Shown one piece after another: positions 27,476 through 41,119 of a stretch of 64,000 bases of DNA; position 1 is the first letter of the stretch, and each line of letters begins with the position of its first letter. The position numbers were made by a program, and so were the translations under genes. The notes under the pieces were generated by a model that made no database searches, had not been told where the DNA came from, and was given only the letters and a program-made list of their open reading frames with translations. Origin of the DNA: an uncultured delta proteobacterium (lineage in GTDB: Bacteria > Myxococcota > Myxococcia > SLRQ01); NCBI GenBank assembly GCA_963727485.1, contig CAVSGM010000001.1, positions 704,001-768,000 of the forward strand, in the 5' to 3' direction.

Positions 27476-28846
27476 CTAGGCGAGGCGGGTGCCGAGGAAC
27501 TCGATGAGGTCGATCTTGGTGATGATCCCGGTGACCTTCTCACCGTCCTTGACCACCGCCACGTTGTCCTCGGCGAAGAGCTTCTTGAGCTCGAGGACCG
27601 GGGTGCCGGGGGAGACCACGCCCTGGAGGGGCGCGATGACCGGGTCGATGGTCTCGGAGAGGTGGTGCTTGCCGTCGATGAGGAAGTTGAGGAGGTCGAG
27701 CTCGTCGATCATGCCCACCGCCCCGCCCCCGGCGTCGACCACCGGCATCTGGGAGATGCCCTGGGCGCGCATCCGGGCCACCACCGCCTCGGCGGTCTCC
27801 CCGCGGCGAGCGAGGACGACCTCCCCCTGCTTGGCGGCGAGGAGCTCGGCGACGGTGCCCATGCCGCCGGTCTCGGGCTCCAGGAAGCCCATGTCCCGCA
27901 TCCACTCGTCGGAGTAGAACTTGGAGATGTAGGCGCGGCCGCCGTCGGGGAGGACGGCGACGACCACCTTGCCCTTGCCCGCCTCCTTGGCCACCTGCAG
28001 GGCGACCCAGGCAGACGAGCCCGAGGAGCCGCCGGCGAACAGGCCCTCCTCGCGGCACAGCCGCCGGGCGGTGAGGAAGCTGTTCTTGTCGTCGACCTGC
28101 CGGACGTCGTCGAGGACCTTCAGGTCCATGGCGCCGCAGATCATGTCCTCACCGATGCCCTCGACCTTGTAGACGTGGGGCGTCGGCGCCTTCCCGGTCT
28201 TGAACAGGCCGTGGTAGACGCTGCCGATGGGGTCGACGCCGACGTTCTTGATGGCCGGATTCTGCTCCTTGAGGTACTTGCCGGCGCCGCTCATGGTGCC
28301 GCCGGTCCCGAGCCCCGCCACGAAGTAGTCGATGCGCCCCCCGGTCTGCTCCCAAATCTCCGGCCCGGTGCTGCGGTAGTGGGCCTCGATGTTGTCGGGG
28401 TTGTGGTACTGGTTCGGGTAGAACGCCCCCATCTCCGAGGCCAGGCGCTTGGCCGTCTCGTAGTAGCTCTCGGGGCTCGCCGCCGGCACGTTGGTGGGGC
28501 AGACGTAGACCTCGGCGCCGAAGGCCTTGAGGGTGTTGATCTTCTCGGTGCTCATCTTGTCGGGGATGGTGAAGATGCACCGGTAGCCCTTGAGGGCGGC
28601 GGCCATGGCCAGCCCCACGCCGGTGTTCCCCGAGGTGTTCTCGACGATGGTGCCCCCGGGCTTGAGGCGCCCGTCCTTCTCGGCCTTCTCGATCATGTAG
28701 AAGGCCATGCGGTCCTTGATGGAGCCGCCGGGGTTCATGTACTCGGGCTTGACCAGCACCGTGGCGTCGTTGGGGCCCGTCAGCTTGGTCAGCTTGATGA
28801 GCGGGGTGTGGCCGATCGCCTGGAGGACGTTGTCGTAGGTCTCCAC
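27476..28846 (-). CDS. Cystathionine beta-synthase with CBS domains
   Basis: NPGGSIKDR, NTSGNTG, GTGGT, YKVEGIGED, C-terminal CBS pair. Confidence 0.92.
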   Translation of the reverse strand: METYDNVLQAIGHTPLIKLTKLTGPNDATVLVKPEYMNPGGSIKDRMAFYMIEKAEKDGRLKPGGTIVENTSGNTGVGLAMAAALKGYRCIFTIPDKMSTEKINTLKAFGAEVYVCPTNVPAASPESYYETAKRLASEMGAFYPNQYHNPDNIEAHYRSTGPEIWEQTGGRIDYFVAGLGTGGTMSGAGKYLKEQNPAIKNVGVDPIGSVYHGLFKTGKAPTPHVYKVEGIGEDMICGAMDLKVLDDVRQVDDKNSFLTARRLCREEGLFAGGSSGSSAWVALQVAKEAGKGKVVVAVLPDGGRAYISKFYSDEWMRDMGFLEPETGGMGTVAELLAAKQGEVVLARRGETAEAVVARMRAQGISQMPVVDAGGGAVGMIDELDLLNFLIDGKHHLSETIDPVIAPLQGVVSPGTPVLELKKLFAEDNVAVVKDGEKVTGIITKIDLIEFLGTRLA

Positions 28847-28963
28847 GTCGCTACCTCGGGGGCTTTGGGGAGGGCAGGGCGGTCGCCCCGGACGGGTGCC
28901 ACCCGGCGCGGGTTCTAGCCCGCGCCAACCGGGGGGGTCAAGGCGACGCCACGACGCGCGGCG

Positions 28964-29620
28964 TCAGGCCTCGTCGGGGACGAGCCCCTGGCGGATCGCC
29001 ACCGCCACCGCCTCGGCCTTCGAGGCGACCTCCAGCTTCCGGTACACGTTCTTCACGTGGGTGTGGACCGTGCCCGGGCGGATCCCCAGGGCGGTGGCGA
29101 TGGAGGCATACGAGTGCCCCCCCACCAGGTAGGAGAGCACCTCGCTCTCGCGCTGGGTGAGGTTGACGTCCGGGGCGCCGGGGACGGCCCGGGTGGCGGC
29201 GCGGGCCCGGACCCGGTCGAGGAGGTGGCGGGCCACCGCCGGCGAGATGGGCGCCAGGCCGTCCTGGACCTGGCGGATCCCCTCGAGGACCTCGGGGAGC
29301 GGGGTGCCCTTGAGGAGGTAGCCCGCGGCCCCGGCCTCGATGGCCTCGACGATGACGTCGGGGCTCTCGAAGACCGTGAAGACCAGGATCGGCAGGTCCG
29401 GGAGCCGCCGGCGCAGGCTCCGGATGGTCTCCACCCCGGAGATCCCCGGGAGGCCCAGGTCGACGAGGGCCACCTCCGGCGCCAGCTCGCCGGCGCGCTC
29501 CGCGGCCTCCTCGCCCCGTCCGAAGGCGCCGACGATCTCGAAGCCCGAGGCGGTCAGCGCCGCGGTGAGGGCCTCTCGGATGCCCGGCTCGTCTTCCACG
29601 AGGAGAACCCGGTGGCTCAT
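28964..29620 (-). CDS. NarL/LuxR family response regulator
   Basis: REC plus LTQRESEVL...TVHTHVKNVYRKL. Confidence 0.93.
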   Translation of the reverse strand: MSHRVLLVEDEPGIREALTAALTASGFEIVGAFGRGEEAAERAGELAPEVALVDLGLPGISGVETIRSLRRRLPDLPILVFTVFESPDVIVEAIEAGAAGYLLKGTPLPEVLEGIRQVQDGLAPISPAVARHLLDRVRARAATRAVPGAPDVNLTQRESEVLSYLVGGHSYASIATALGIRPGTVHTHVKNVYRKLEVASKAEAVAVAIRQGLVPDEA

Positions 29621-30807
29621 GCGCCTGCTCCCTGCGCCATCGCCGGCGCCTTGAGGTGGACCCGCGTCCCGTGCCCGGGGGTGGACTCCAGGGTGAGCCA
29701 GCCGGCCAGGGACCGGGCCCGCTCCCGCATGGAGGCGAGGCCCCGGCCCGGCGCGGCGGCGTCGGGGTCGAAGCCCAGGCCGTCGTCGCTGACCGTCACC
29801 GACACCGTGGCCCCGAGGTCGAGGCGGACCTCGAGGTGCCGGGGCTGGCCGTGGCGGATGGCGTTGGCGGTGGCCTCTTCGATGATCTTCACGATCTGGT
29901 AGGCCCGGCGCATGGGCATCGGGGCCTGGTCGCCCTGGAAGCCCAGGTCGAGGTGCACCCCGGCCGCGTCACACAGGCCTTGGACCCGGGCGCGGACCAG
30001 CCCCTGGATCTCCTCGGGGGCGAGGTCGGCGCCGTCGAGGGTGTCGACCACGCCCCGCAGCTCCTGGATCGCCTCCCGGAGGCGCGACTGGGCCTTGGCC
30101 AGGGCGGCCTTGCCCTCGTCGCCGGTGGCCGACTGGGAGAGGTCCTGCCAGATGGAGACCTCGGTGAGGGCGGCGCCCACGGTGTCGTGGAGGTTCCGGG
30201 CGACCCGCTGGCGCTCGGTGGCCTCGGCGGCGGCCTGGGACAGGGCCTGGGCCTGGGCGCGCACCCGCCGGTACCCCTCGAGGTTGGTGGCGAGGTTGAC
30301 GTAGACGACGGCGGCCAGGAGCCCCAGGGCGAGGACCGCGCCGACGCTCTGGTCGAAGGGGACGGTCCCGGTGAGGGCCCACCCGAGCCCGACGCACGCC
30401 GGAGCGACGCCCACGAGGATCGCGTGGAGCCACGAGGGGGTCGCCTCCTGGGCGGTGAGGAGCACCTGGAGGACGAAGACCGCCCAGAGGGGCGAGTCCA
30501 CGTGGCCGGTGCAGGCCGGGAGGCCCACCGAGACCGTGAGGTTCACCAGGAACAGCCCGGTGGTCGTCGCTGCCGGCCACCGGTCGTAGAGGGGGGTGTG
30601 GACATAGGTCGCGTAGGCGACGAGGTGGGCCCCGATGAGGAGGCCGGCAGCGAGGGGATCGAGGCCCAGCCACTGGCGGATCGGGGGGATGACCGCCATG
30701 AGGTAGGCGGCCGCGACGATCGGGACGGAGAAGCCCCAGAACCGCGCCGGGGTGCGGTCCACGCGCGCCCAGTCCGGGTGGATGATGGGAAACCAGCGCC
30801 AGTCCAT
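29617..30807 (-). CDS. Membrane sensor histidine kinase (HisKA_3 type)
   Basis: Several TMs; ERQRVARNLHD, EATANAIRH, DDGLGF, GRGLASMRERA; overlaps the cognate regulator start. Confidence 0.9.
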   Translation of the reverse strand: MDWRWFPIIHPDWARVDRTPARFWGFSVPIVAAAYLMAVIPPIRQWLGLDPLAAGLLIGAHLVAYATYVHTPLYDRWPAATTTGLFLVNLTVSVGLPACTGHVDSPLWAVFVLQVLLTAQEATPSWLHAILVGVAPACVGLGWALTGTVPFDQSVGAVLALGLLAAVVYVNLATNLEGYRRVRAQAQALSQAAAEATERQRVARNLHDTVGAALTEVSIWQDLSQSATGDEGKAALAKAQSRLREAIQELRGVVDTLDGADLAPEEIQGLVRARVQGLCDAAGVHLDLGFQGDQAPMPMRRAYQIVKIIEEATANAIRHGQPRHLEVRLDLGATVSVTVSDDGLGFDPDAAAPGRGLASMRERARSLAGWLTLESTPGHGTRVHLKAPAMAQGAGA

Positions 30808-30879
30808 CGCGGCGAAGCCTACCATGTGCCGGTGCAACCCGTGCGACCCGGGCCTGCCCATGTGGTATTCACCGCCTCC

Positions 30880-31938
30880 ATGACGATCGAGCCCATGGAG
30901 GACCGCGCCCGCCAGGCGGCGGCGCCGGTCCTGGGAGCCCCCGCCGGGGACCTGGGGGTGGAGCTGCTCGCCGGCCACGCCTCGGCCCGCCGCTACCTCC
31001 GGGTCCACGCGCGCAGCCGCTCGGTGGTGGTGATGGTCCTCCCGGATGACGCCCTCGCCAGCGAGGAGGCCACCGCCGGCGAGGCCCCCGAGGAGCTGCC
31101 CTTCCTCTCGGTGCAGCGCTACCTCGCCGGGCTCGGGGTCCGGGTCCCGGAGATCTACGCGGTGGACCTCGCGGCGGGGACTGTGACCCTCGAGGACCTC
31201 GGCGACCGCACCCTGGAGGCGGCCCTCGTCGCCGCCCCCGACGCCGCCGCCGCGAGGGCCGAGCTCTACGGCCGGGCGGTGGACGACCTGGCCTTCCTCC
31301 GCCAGGAGGCCTCGCGCCACCCGGACCCGGCGGCCCTGCCCTTCACCCGGCGCTTCGACTACGAGCTGCTGCGCTGGGAGCTCGACCATTTCCGGGAGTG
31401 GGGCCTGGAGGCGTGGAAGGGCGCGAAGCTCGAGGCCGCCGAGCGCGAGGTGGTCGAGGGCGCCTTCGACGAGATCGCCCGCCGCCTCGCCGAGCTCCCC
31501 GCGGGCCTGACCCACCGGGACTACCAGAGCCGCAACCTCATGGTGGTGGGCCCCGAGCTGGTGGTCATCGACTTCCAGGACGCCCTCCTGGGGCCCATGG
31601 TCTACGACCTGGTGGCGCTGCTGCGCGACTCCTACGTGACCCTCGCCTGGGACGAGGTCGAGACCCTCAAGGGTCGCTACCTCGACGCCTGGCGGAGCCT
31701 CGGGGGGACGCCCCCGGAGCGCGAGGACCTCGACCCCGCCTTCGACCTCCAGACGGTGCAGCGCAAGCTCAAGGACGCCGGGCGCTTCGTGTTCATCGAC
31801 CGGGTGAAGGGGAATGCCGACTTCCTGCCCCACATCCCGGCGTCGCTGGCCTACGTCCGCGAGGCGCTGGGCCGCCTGCCCGAGTACGGCCGCCTCCAGG
31901 AGGTCCTGGCGGCCTACGTCCCCGAGCTCGCCCCGTGA
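30880..31938 (+). CDS. APH-family phosphotransferase, AmgK-like
   Basis: LAGHASARRY, LEDLGD, THRDYQSRNLM, IDFQDA, YDLVALLRD, QRKLKDAGRF. Confidence 0.85.
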   Translation: MTIEPMEDRARQAAAPVLGAPAGDLGVELLAGHASARRYLRVHARSRSVVVMVLPDDALASEEATAGEAPEELPFLSVQRYLAGLGVRVPEIYAVDLAAGTVTLEDLGDRTLEAALVAAPDAAAARAELYGRAVDDLAFLRQEASRHPDPAALPFTRRFDYELLRWELDHFREWGLEAWKGAKLEAAEREVVEGAFDEIARRLAELPAGLTHRDYQSRNLMVVGPELVVIDFQDALLGPMVYDLVALLRDSYVTLAWDEVETLKGRYLDAWRSLGGTPPEREDLDPAFDLQTVQRKLKDAGRFVFIDRVKGNADFLPHIPASLAYVREALGRLPEYGRLQEVLAAYVPELAP

Positions 31939-31940
31939 CC

Positions 31941-32984
31941 ATGCCCCGAAAGGCCATGGTCCTCGCCGCGGGCCTCGGGACCCGCCTGCGCCCCCTCACC
32001 GCCCGCCGCCCCAAGCCGGCGATGCCCCTGTGCGGGGAGCCGCCCCTGCGCTTCACCCTGGCGCGGCTCAAGGCTGCCGGGGTCGAAGAGGTGGTCATCA
32101 ACACCCACTGGCTCCCCGAGGTCATCGAGCAGGCGGTGGGCAATCCGGCGGCCCTCGGCCTCACCGTGCACTACAGCCACGAGCCGCAAATCCTCGGCAC
32201 CGGCGGCGGCCTGAAGAAGGCGGCGGAGCACTTCCAGGACGAGACCTTCTACCTGGTCAACGGGAAGCTGCTCTTCGACGCGGACCTCGAGGGCGCGGTG
32301 CGCTTCCACCGGGACCACCAGGCCCTCGCCACCATGGTCCTGCGGCCGTACCCGGAGGGGAGCCGGTACTCGGCCATCGAGATCGACGACGGCGGTCGCA
32401 TCCGCCGCTTCGTGGACCAGTTCGAGTGGGCCGGGCCCCTGACCAAGTGCCTGTTCACCGGGGTCCACGTCCTCGAGCCGCGGGTCCTCGAGTACCTGCC
32501 CCCGGCCATCGAGGTGTGCATCAACGCCTGGGCCTACCCCCGGATGATCGCCGCCGACGAGGTGGTCTGCGGCTACCTCCAGACCGAGGGCTACTGGGCC
32601 GAGCCGTCCACCCCGGCGCGCTACCTCGCCGCGGTCCAGGACCTCCTCGCCGGCCGGGTCGAGCTGGCGCGCTTCCGGGCCGGGGGCGTCGACCCCTTCG
32701 CCGGGACCACCGGCGACGACCCGGGGATCCACGTCCACCCGGACGCCAAGGTCGGCGAGTGGGTGCAGCTCGAGCCCCCGTGCTACGTGGGCCCGGGGGT
32801 CGAGCTCGGCGCCGGCTGCGAGGTGGGCCCCGGGGCCGCCATCGAGGCCGGCGCGGTCCTGGAGCCCGGGGCGGTGGTCACCCGCTCGGTGGTGTGGCCC
32901 GGGACGGTGATCCGCGGCGAGGAGCGCCTGGACAAGGTCATCGCCCTCAAGGGCCACCGGGTGCCCGCGGCCAGCGACGACTGA
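31941..32984 (+). CDS. Sugar-phosphate nucleotidyltransferase (MurU/GMPP-like) with C-terminal hexapeptide repeats
   Basis: AMVLAAGLGTRLRPLT, ILGTGGG, LbH tail; coupled to the AmgK-like gene. Confidence 0.88.
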   Translation: MPRKAMVLAAGLGTRLRPLTARRPKPAMPLCGEPPLRFTLARLKAAGVEEVVINTHWLPEVIEQAVGNPAALGLTVHYSHEPQILGTGGGLKKAAEHFQDETFYLVNGKLLFDADLEGAVRFHRDHQALATMVLRPYPEGSRYSAIEIDDGGRIRRFVDQFEWAGPLTKCLFTGVHVLEPRVLEYLPPAIEVCINAWAYPRMIAADEVVCGYLQTEGYWAEPSTPARYLAAVQDLLAGRVELARFRAGGVDPFAGTTGDDPGIHVHPDAKVGEWVQLEPPCYVGPGVELGAGCEVGPGAAIEAGAVLEPGAVVTRSVVWPGTVIRGEERLDKVIALKGHRVPAASDD

Positions 32985-33010
32985 AGGCCGGTGCCCGGCG
33001 CTGGGCCGGG

Positions 33011-33778
33011 TCAGGCCTTGCGGTAGCGGGCGAGGACGACGGTGATGTTGTCGGCGCCGCCGGCGGCGTTGGCAGCCTCGATGAGCCGCTGGGTCGCCAG
33101 ATCGAGGTCGTCGCCCGCGCCCTTGAGGATCTCGGTCATCTGCGGGTCGGGGACCATGCCCGAGAGCCCGTCGGAGCACAGGAGGAACACGTCGCCGTCC
33201 TCGGGGGCCTGCTTGGCGACGTCCACCTGGACCGTGTCCTTCATCCCCAGCGCCCGGACGATGACGTTCTTGTGGGGGAAGTTCTCGATCTCCTCGGGGG
33301 TGAGCTTCTTGGCCTTGATGTAGTCGTTGAGCAGGGAGTGGTCCTCGGTGATCTGCTCGAGGACCCCGGCCCGGAAGCGGTAGACCCGGGAGTCGCCCAC
33401 GTGGCCCACGTAGGTGGAGCCGTTGCGGAAGAAGGTGGTGACGATGGTCGTCCCCATCCCCTTGTACTTGGCGTCGTCGAGGGCCGCCTGGAAGATGCGC
33501 TGGTTGGCGAGCATCACCGCGGTGGCGAGGCGGTTCTCGTCATAGTTGCGCTGGCGGTTCATCTTGTAGGGCCAGGTCGCCTCCTCGTCGCGCTCGGTCA
33601 TCCGGAAGAACTCGGCGACCTCGTCGACGGCGATCTTGCTGGCGATCTCCCCGGAGGAGTGCCCGCCCATGCCATCGGCGACGATGAAGAGGTTGGCCTC
33701 GGGAACCAGGAGGAAGTTGTCCTCGTTGTGGTTCCGCTTCATGCCGACGTGGGTCAACCCGGCGTATTCGATCGGCAT
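33011..33778 (-). CDS. PP2C-family Ser/Thr phosphatase
   Basis: [31 protein letters not shown]. Confidence 0.95.
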   Translation of the reverse strand: MPIEYAGLTHVGMKRNHNEDNFLLVPEANLFIVADGMGGHSSGEIASKIAVDEVAEFFRMTERDEEATWPYKMNRQRNYDENRLATAVMLANQRIFQAALDDAKYKGMGTTIVTTFFRNGSTYVGHVGDSRVYRFRAGVLEQITEDHSLLNDYIKAKKLTPEEIENFPHKNVIVRALGMKDTVQVDVAKQAPEDGDVFLLCSDGLSGMVPDPQMTEILKGAGDDLDLATQRLIEAANAAGGADNITVVLARYRKA

Positions 33779-33880
33779 GGCTCCGGTTCCCTGGTCGGCG
33801 ATGGGTCCTGGTGCGGCCCGCCACGGGCAGGCCGGCCTCCTCGATCCAGTTTCGACGCTACAATCATGCGTGATTGAGGG

Positions 33881-34255
33881 TCAAGACGCGTCCGCCTCGG
33901 GGCCATCGGTCAACTGGCCGAAGACCACCTGGTCGCCCTCGTAGGTCCCGGTGGCGGCGAGGGTCCCCGGGGGCAGCTCCACCACGCTCCGGGCCTTGGC
34001 GTACACCCGGGTGAGGCGCCAGGGGGGCAGGGCCGCGAAGGCCCGGACCACCTTCCCGCTCCGGTCGAGGAAGAGGACGTCGATGGTGAAGCGCATGAAG
34101 AAGGTGTGGATGGAGTTGCAGGGGTCGATGTGGATCCCCTCGCCGGCCTCGAGGCCGCTGCGCCCGAGGAGGCCCTTCATCCGCTCCCGGGCCTTCGCGG
34201 CGCGCCAGGCGCGGTCGGCGAGGGTGGTGCCCCGGGTGGCGTTGGTGATGACCAT
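33881..34255 (-). CDS. DUF192 family protein
   Basis: [30 protein letters not shown]. Confidence 0.85.
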   Translation of the reverse strand: MVITNATRGTTLADRAWRAAKARERMKGLLGRSGLEAGEGIHIDPCNSIHTFFMRFTIDVLFLDRSGKVVRAFAALPPWRLTRVYAKARSVVELPPGTLAATGTYEGDQVVFGQLTDGPEADAS

Positions 34256-34274
34256 CGGTTAGGAACGCTACCAG

Positions 34275-34757
34275 ATGGCCCACCTCCAGGCACCCGATCC
34301 GCCCCTCGAGATCGTCCTCCACCAGCCGGAGATCCCCCCGAACACCGGGAACGTGGCCCGGCTCTGCGCCTGCACCGGGAGCCGGCTGCACCTGGTGGCG
34401 CCCCTGGGGTTCTCCCTGGAGGACCGGTACCTCAAGCGTGCGGGCCTCGACTACTGGGACAAGGTCCACGTGGCCACCTGGGAGAGCTTCGAGGCGCTTT
34501 TGGCCACCCGCCCCGGGCAGCGCTTCCACCTGTTCACCGCCCGGGCCGGGCGGAGCCTCTGGGAGGCGGACCTCGCCCCCGGGGACCTCCTGGTCTTCGG
34601 CCGGGAGTCCACCGGGCTCCCCCGCGCGCTCCTCGACGCCTACCCCGACCGTCAGGTGGCCCTGCCGATGCTCCCGGGGCGCCGGAGCCTGAACCTCTCG
34701 TCCACGGTGGCGGTGGCGGTCTACGAGGCCCTGCGCCGGCGTCAGGGTGGGGTGTGA
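34275..34757 (+). CDS. trmL: tRNA (cytidine(34)-2'-O)-methyltransferase
   Basis: PEIPPNTGN, RAGLDYW, FGREST, RSLNLS. Confidence 0.93.
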   Translation: MAHLQAPDPPLEIVLHQPEIPPNTGNVARLCACTGSRLHLVAPLGFSLEDRYLKRAGLDYWDKVHVATWESFEALLATRPGQRFHLFTARAGRSLWEADLAPGDLLVFGRESTGLPRALLDAYPDRQVALPMLPGRRSLNLSSTVAVAVYEALRRRQGGV

Positions 34758-34802
34758 TCCCGGCCGCGTCGGGTTCTTGGCGGCGGTGGTAGGATTCGGA
34801 CC

Positions 34803-36600
34803 ATGGCGTCCGCCACTGCCGCCGGGGGGTCCTTGAGCCCCGCCACCCTGGTCCGGGTCCTGGGCCGCTTCTACCGGGAGCGGGCCACCGGCGTCCTGGT
34901 GGTGGAGCATGACGGCGGGCTCTCCCGGGCCTTCTTCCGCAACGGCTTCCCCGCCGGCGCCAACGTCTTCGCGAACTTCAAGCCCCTGGGCCGCTTCCTC
35001 CTCGACATCGGCTGGATTGACTTCGAGACCCTCAACCGCTCCCTCGAGGAGGTGGCGAAGACCAAGCGACCCCAGGGCGAGGTCCTGGTGGAGCTCGGGG
35101 CCCTGACCCGGGAGAAGCTGGCGCTCGGCCTGCGCCGGCAGCTCCTCGCCAACCTCACCGAGCTCTTGCGCCTGGAGGCCGGGAGCTGGCGCTTCGACGC
35201 CGACGGGCTCCCGCCCTGGACCGAGGATCTCGGCGGTGTCCCCCCATGAGGCGGTGCTCCGCTTCCTCCTCAACGGCGAGTCGGCCCCCCGGGTCGCCGC
35301 GCTCCTCGCCAACCTCGGGGACGGGCCCCTGGTCCTCTCCGACGACTTCGACCGCGAGCGCAAGCGCTTCGACCTCGCCAGCGCCGATCAGCAGGCCCTC
35401 GAGGGGTTCCGGTCCCCGGCGACCCTGGCGTCGGTGCTCGGCGGCGCCGGCCTGCCCGCCGGGCGGCTGGAGGCGGTGGTCGCGGCCCTCTCGGTCTTCG
35501 GCCTGGTGATCGGTGCCGGGGGCGACGCCGGGGGCACTGACGACGACGACGCGGGGGGGACGCAGCCCTCCGGGGAGGACGCCGGGGCCGGCGCGGGCGG
35601 CACCGGCGGCGCCTCCAAGCCGGCCTCCGCCTCCGCCGACGTCCGGGCCCGGCGTTCCCGGCTCCTCCGCCGCGCCTTCCAGAACATCCCCGGCGCCCAG
35701 GTCATGAACCAGTCCCGCCGGCAGGCCGGGGGTGGCGCGAGCCCCCAGGCGCCCGCGGCCGGCAACGGCACGCCCCCGGGCACGTCCCCGGGCACGTCCC
35801 CGGCGCCGGACGCCCAGGCGGGCACCTCCACCCGGGACCGCGCGGCCGAGGCCGAGGCCCGGGCCCTCCTCCGGGAGCTCGACACCCGCCACGCCGCCAT
35901 CGCCAAGGAGGACTTCTACCGGCGCCTGGGGCTCGGCACCTCGGCCCCCCTGCCCAAGGTCAAGGCGGCCTACCTGCTCCTGGCGAAGAAGTACCACCCG
36001 GACCGGGTCGGGGTCCTGGGGCTCCCGGCGAGCGCCGGCGCCCAGCTCCGCGCGGTCTTCGAGGCGATCCACGAGGCCTACGAGACCCTGGTCGATCCGA
36101 AGGCCCGCGCCGAGTACGACAGGCTCCTCTCCAACGAGAAGGTCAAGGGCGATAGGGACCAGGCGCGGCGTCTCGCCGAGGCGAACATCCAGTTCAAGAA
36201 GGGCGAGGCCCTGTTCCGCAAGAAGGACTACGCCCAGGCGGTGAGCTACCTGGAGCCGGCGGCCAAGGCCGATCCGGACAACGGCCTCTACCTGGTGAGC
36301 CTCGCCTGGGCCAAGTTCAACGCCGGCCCGGCGCCGAAGGTCAAGGACGAGGTGACCCGGCTCCTCCAGCGGGCCACGCGCCTCGAGGGCGCCAAGGACC
36401 GCGCCTGGTACTACCTCGGGCTCCTGGCACGGACGGACGACCGCATCGACGACGCGGTTCGCTACTTCGAGAGCGCGGTGAGGCTCAACAAGCACCTCAC
36501 CGAGGCGGTGAGCGAGCTGCGGGTGATCCGCCGGCGCCAGGAGAAGCAGGCGGACAGCTCCACCGGCCGCTTCTTCAAGAAGATGCTGGGCAAGGACTAG
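34803..36600 (+). CDS. DUF4388-like / DnaJ / TPR protein, frameshifted near 35232
   Basis: N-part TGVLVV..PLGRFL; removing one G joins it to a frame with a J-domain (YLLLAKKYHPD..IHEAYETL) and TPRs. Confidence 0.85.
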
Positions 36601-36624
36601 CGCCGGCCGCCGGCCGGGGCACCG

Positions 36625-36966
36625 TCAGCTGCCCAGGTAGCCGACCAGGGCGTCGCGGTCCGCGTCGGCCAGGCCGATGAACTCGATGCCCATCCCCGCC
36701 GGGCGCTCTCCGTCGGCCCCGCGGGTGACCCAGGCGACGCGGCCCCGGCAGCGGATCGTCCGGTCGGTCGCGGGGAGGGCGAACTCCAGGTCGATCTCCT
36801 CGTCCACCTCGAAGAGGAGCTCGGCCTTGAGGAAGGCGCCGCCGCTGGAGAGGTCGTGGGTGTCGAGGACGATCTCGCCGAGGCCCCAGTCGTCGCCGAG
36901 GCGGAACTCGGTCTCCACCGCCTTGCGCTCGCCGCTGCGCTGCTCGTCGTCGTGCTCGTCCACCAT
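36625..36966 (-). CDS. PilZ domain protein
   Basis: RSGER (RxxxR), DLSSGG (DxSxGG), GMGIEF. Confidence 0.88.
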   Translation of the reverse strand: MVDEHDDEQRSGERKAVETEFRLGDDWGLGEIVLDTHDLSSGGAFLKAELLFEVDEEIDLEFALPATDRTIRCRGRVAWVTRGADGERPAGMGIEFIGLADADRDALVGYLGS

Positions 36967-37119
36967 GGTGTGACCCGAGTATCCGCTCGCCCCTGGCGGG
37001 GGGTCAAGAACGTGACGACCCGGCGGGCGGGGGCTTCCTTGACTTGGGGCAGGGCCCGGGTGATCATCTCGCGTCTCGCCGGGTGGCCGTTTCCCCTTGC
37101 AACTTCAAGGGACTACACG

Positions 37120-40041
<2,922 letters not shown>

Positions 40042-40090
40042 CCGGCTGGGGCCCTCGCCAGGGTGGCGCCAAGCGCCCGGCCGGTGCTAC

Positions 40091-41119
40091 ATGCGTCCGA
40101 TGCACGAGGACGCCCGCCTGCTCGCTCTCGAGACCTCCTGCGACGAGACCGCCGCCGCCGTGGTGCGCGGGGGCCGGGAGATCCTCGCCAGCCGGGTCCA
40201 CAGCCAGGTGGACCTCCACCGCGCCTACGGGGGCGTGGTCCCCGAGCTCGCCTCCCGGGACCACCTGGCGCGGATCCTCCCGGTGGTCGACGCCGCCCTC
40301 GAGGACGCCGGGCTCACCGTCGACAATCTCGATGCCATCGCCGTGACCGCCGGCCCGGGGCTGGTGGGGGCGCTCCTCGTGGGCCTCCAGGCGGCCAAGG
40401 GGCTCGCCACCGCGGCGGGCCGACCCCTGGTGGCGGTGAACCACCTCGCCGGGCACCTCGCCGCGGTGAACCTCGAGCCCGATCCCCCCGAGGCGCCCTT
40501 CGTGGGCCTGGTGGTCTCCGGCGGGCACACCAACCTCTACGAGGTGGGCGAGGGGACGCCCTGGCGCTTCCGCCTCCTCGGGCGCACCCGCGACGACGCC
40601 GCCGGCGAGGCCTTCGACAAGGTGGCGCGGCTCCTCAACCTCGGCTACCCCGGTGGCAAGGTCATCGACGATCTCGCCCAGGCCGGCAATCCCAAGGCCG
40701 TGGACTTCCCCCGGGGCCTGCGCCGCCGCAGCGAGCTCGACTTCTCCTTCAGCGGCCTGAAGACGGCGGTGCGCCTCCACGTGGAGAAGCACGGCGTCCC
40801 CGAGGGCCCGGGCCTCGCCGACCTCTGCGCCTCGATGCAGGAGGCGGTGGTCGACAGCCTGGTGACCAAGGCCCTGGCCGCCTGCGAGCAGACCGGGGCG
40901 TCGCGGCTGGTGATCGCCGGCGGCGTGGCCGCCAACAGTCGGCTGCGGGCCGAGGCGGCCAGGCGCGGCGAGGCCGCCGGGGTGCGCGTGTGGATCCCGC
41001 CGCTGCGCCTGTGCACCGACAACGCGGCGATGATCGCCGCCTATGGTCACCAGCGCTTCGTCGCCGGGGAGCTCGCCGGCCCCGACCTCAACGCCGACCC
41101 CGGCTGGCGCCTGGGATGA
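40091..41119 (+). CDS. tsaD: tRNA threonylcarbamoyltransferase TsaD
   Basis: ETSCDET, GGVVPELASRDH, VSGGHT, DDAAGEAFDK, FSFSGLKT, CTDNAAMI. Confidence 0.96.
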   Translation: MRPMHEDARLLALETSCDETAAAVVRGGREILASRVHSQVDLHRAYGGVVPELASRDHLARILPVVDAALEDAGLTVDNLDAIAVTAGPGLVGALLVGLQAAKGLATAAGRPLVAVNHLAGHLAAVNLEPDPPEAPFVGLVVSGGHTNLYEVGEGTPWRFRLLGRTRDDAAGEAFDKVARLLNLGYPGGKVIDDLAQAGNPKAVDFPRGLRRRSELDFSFSGLKTAVRLHVEKHGVPEGPGLADLCASMQEAVVDSLVTKALAACEQTGASRLVIAGGVAANSRLRAEAARRGEAAGVRVWIPPLRLCTDNAAMIAAYGHQRFVAGELAGPDLNADPGWRLG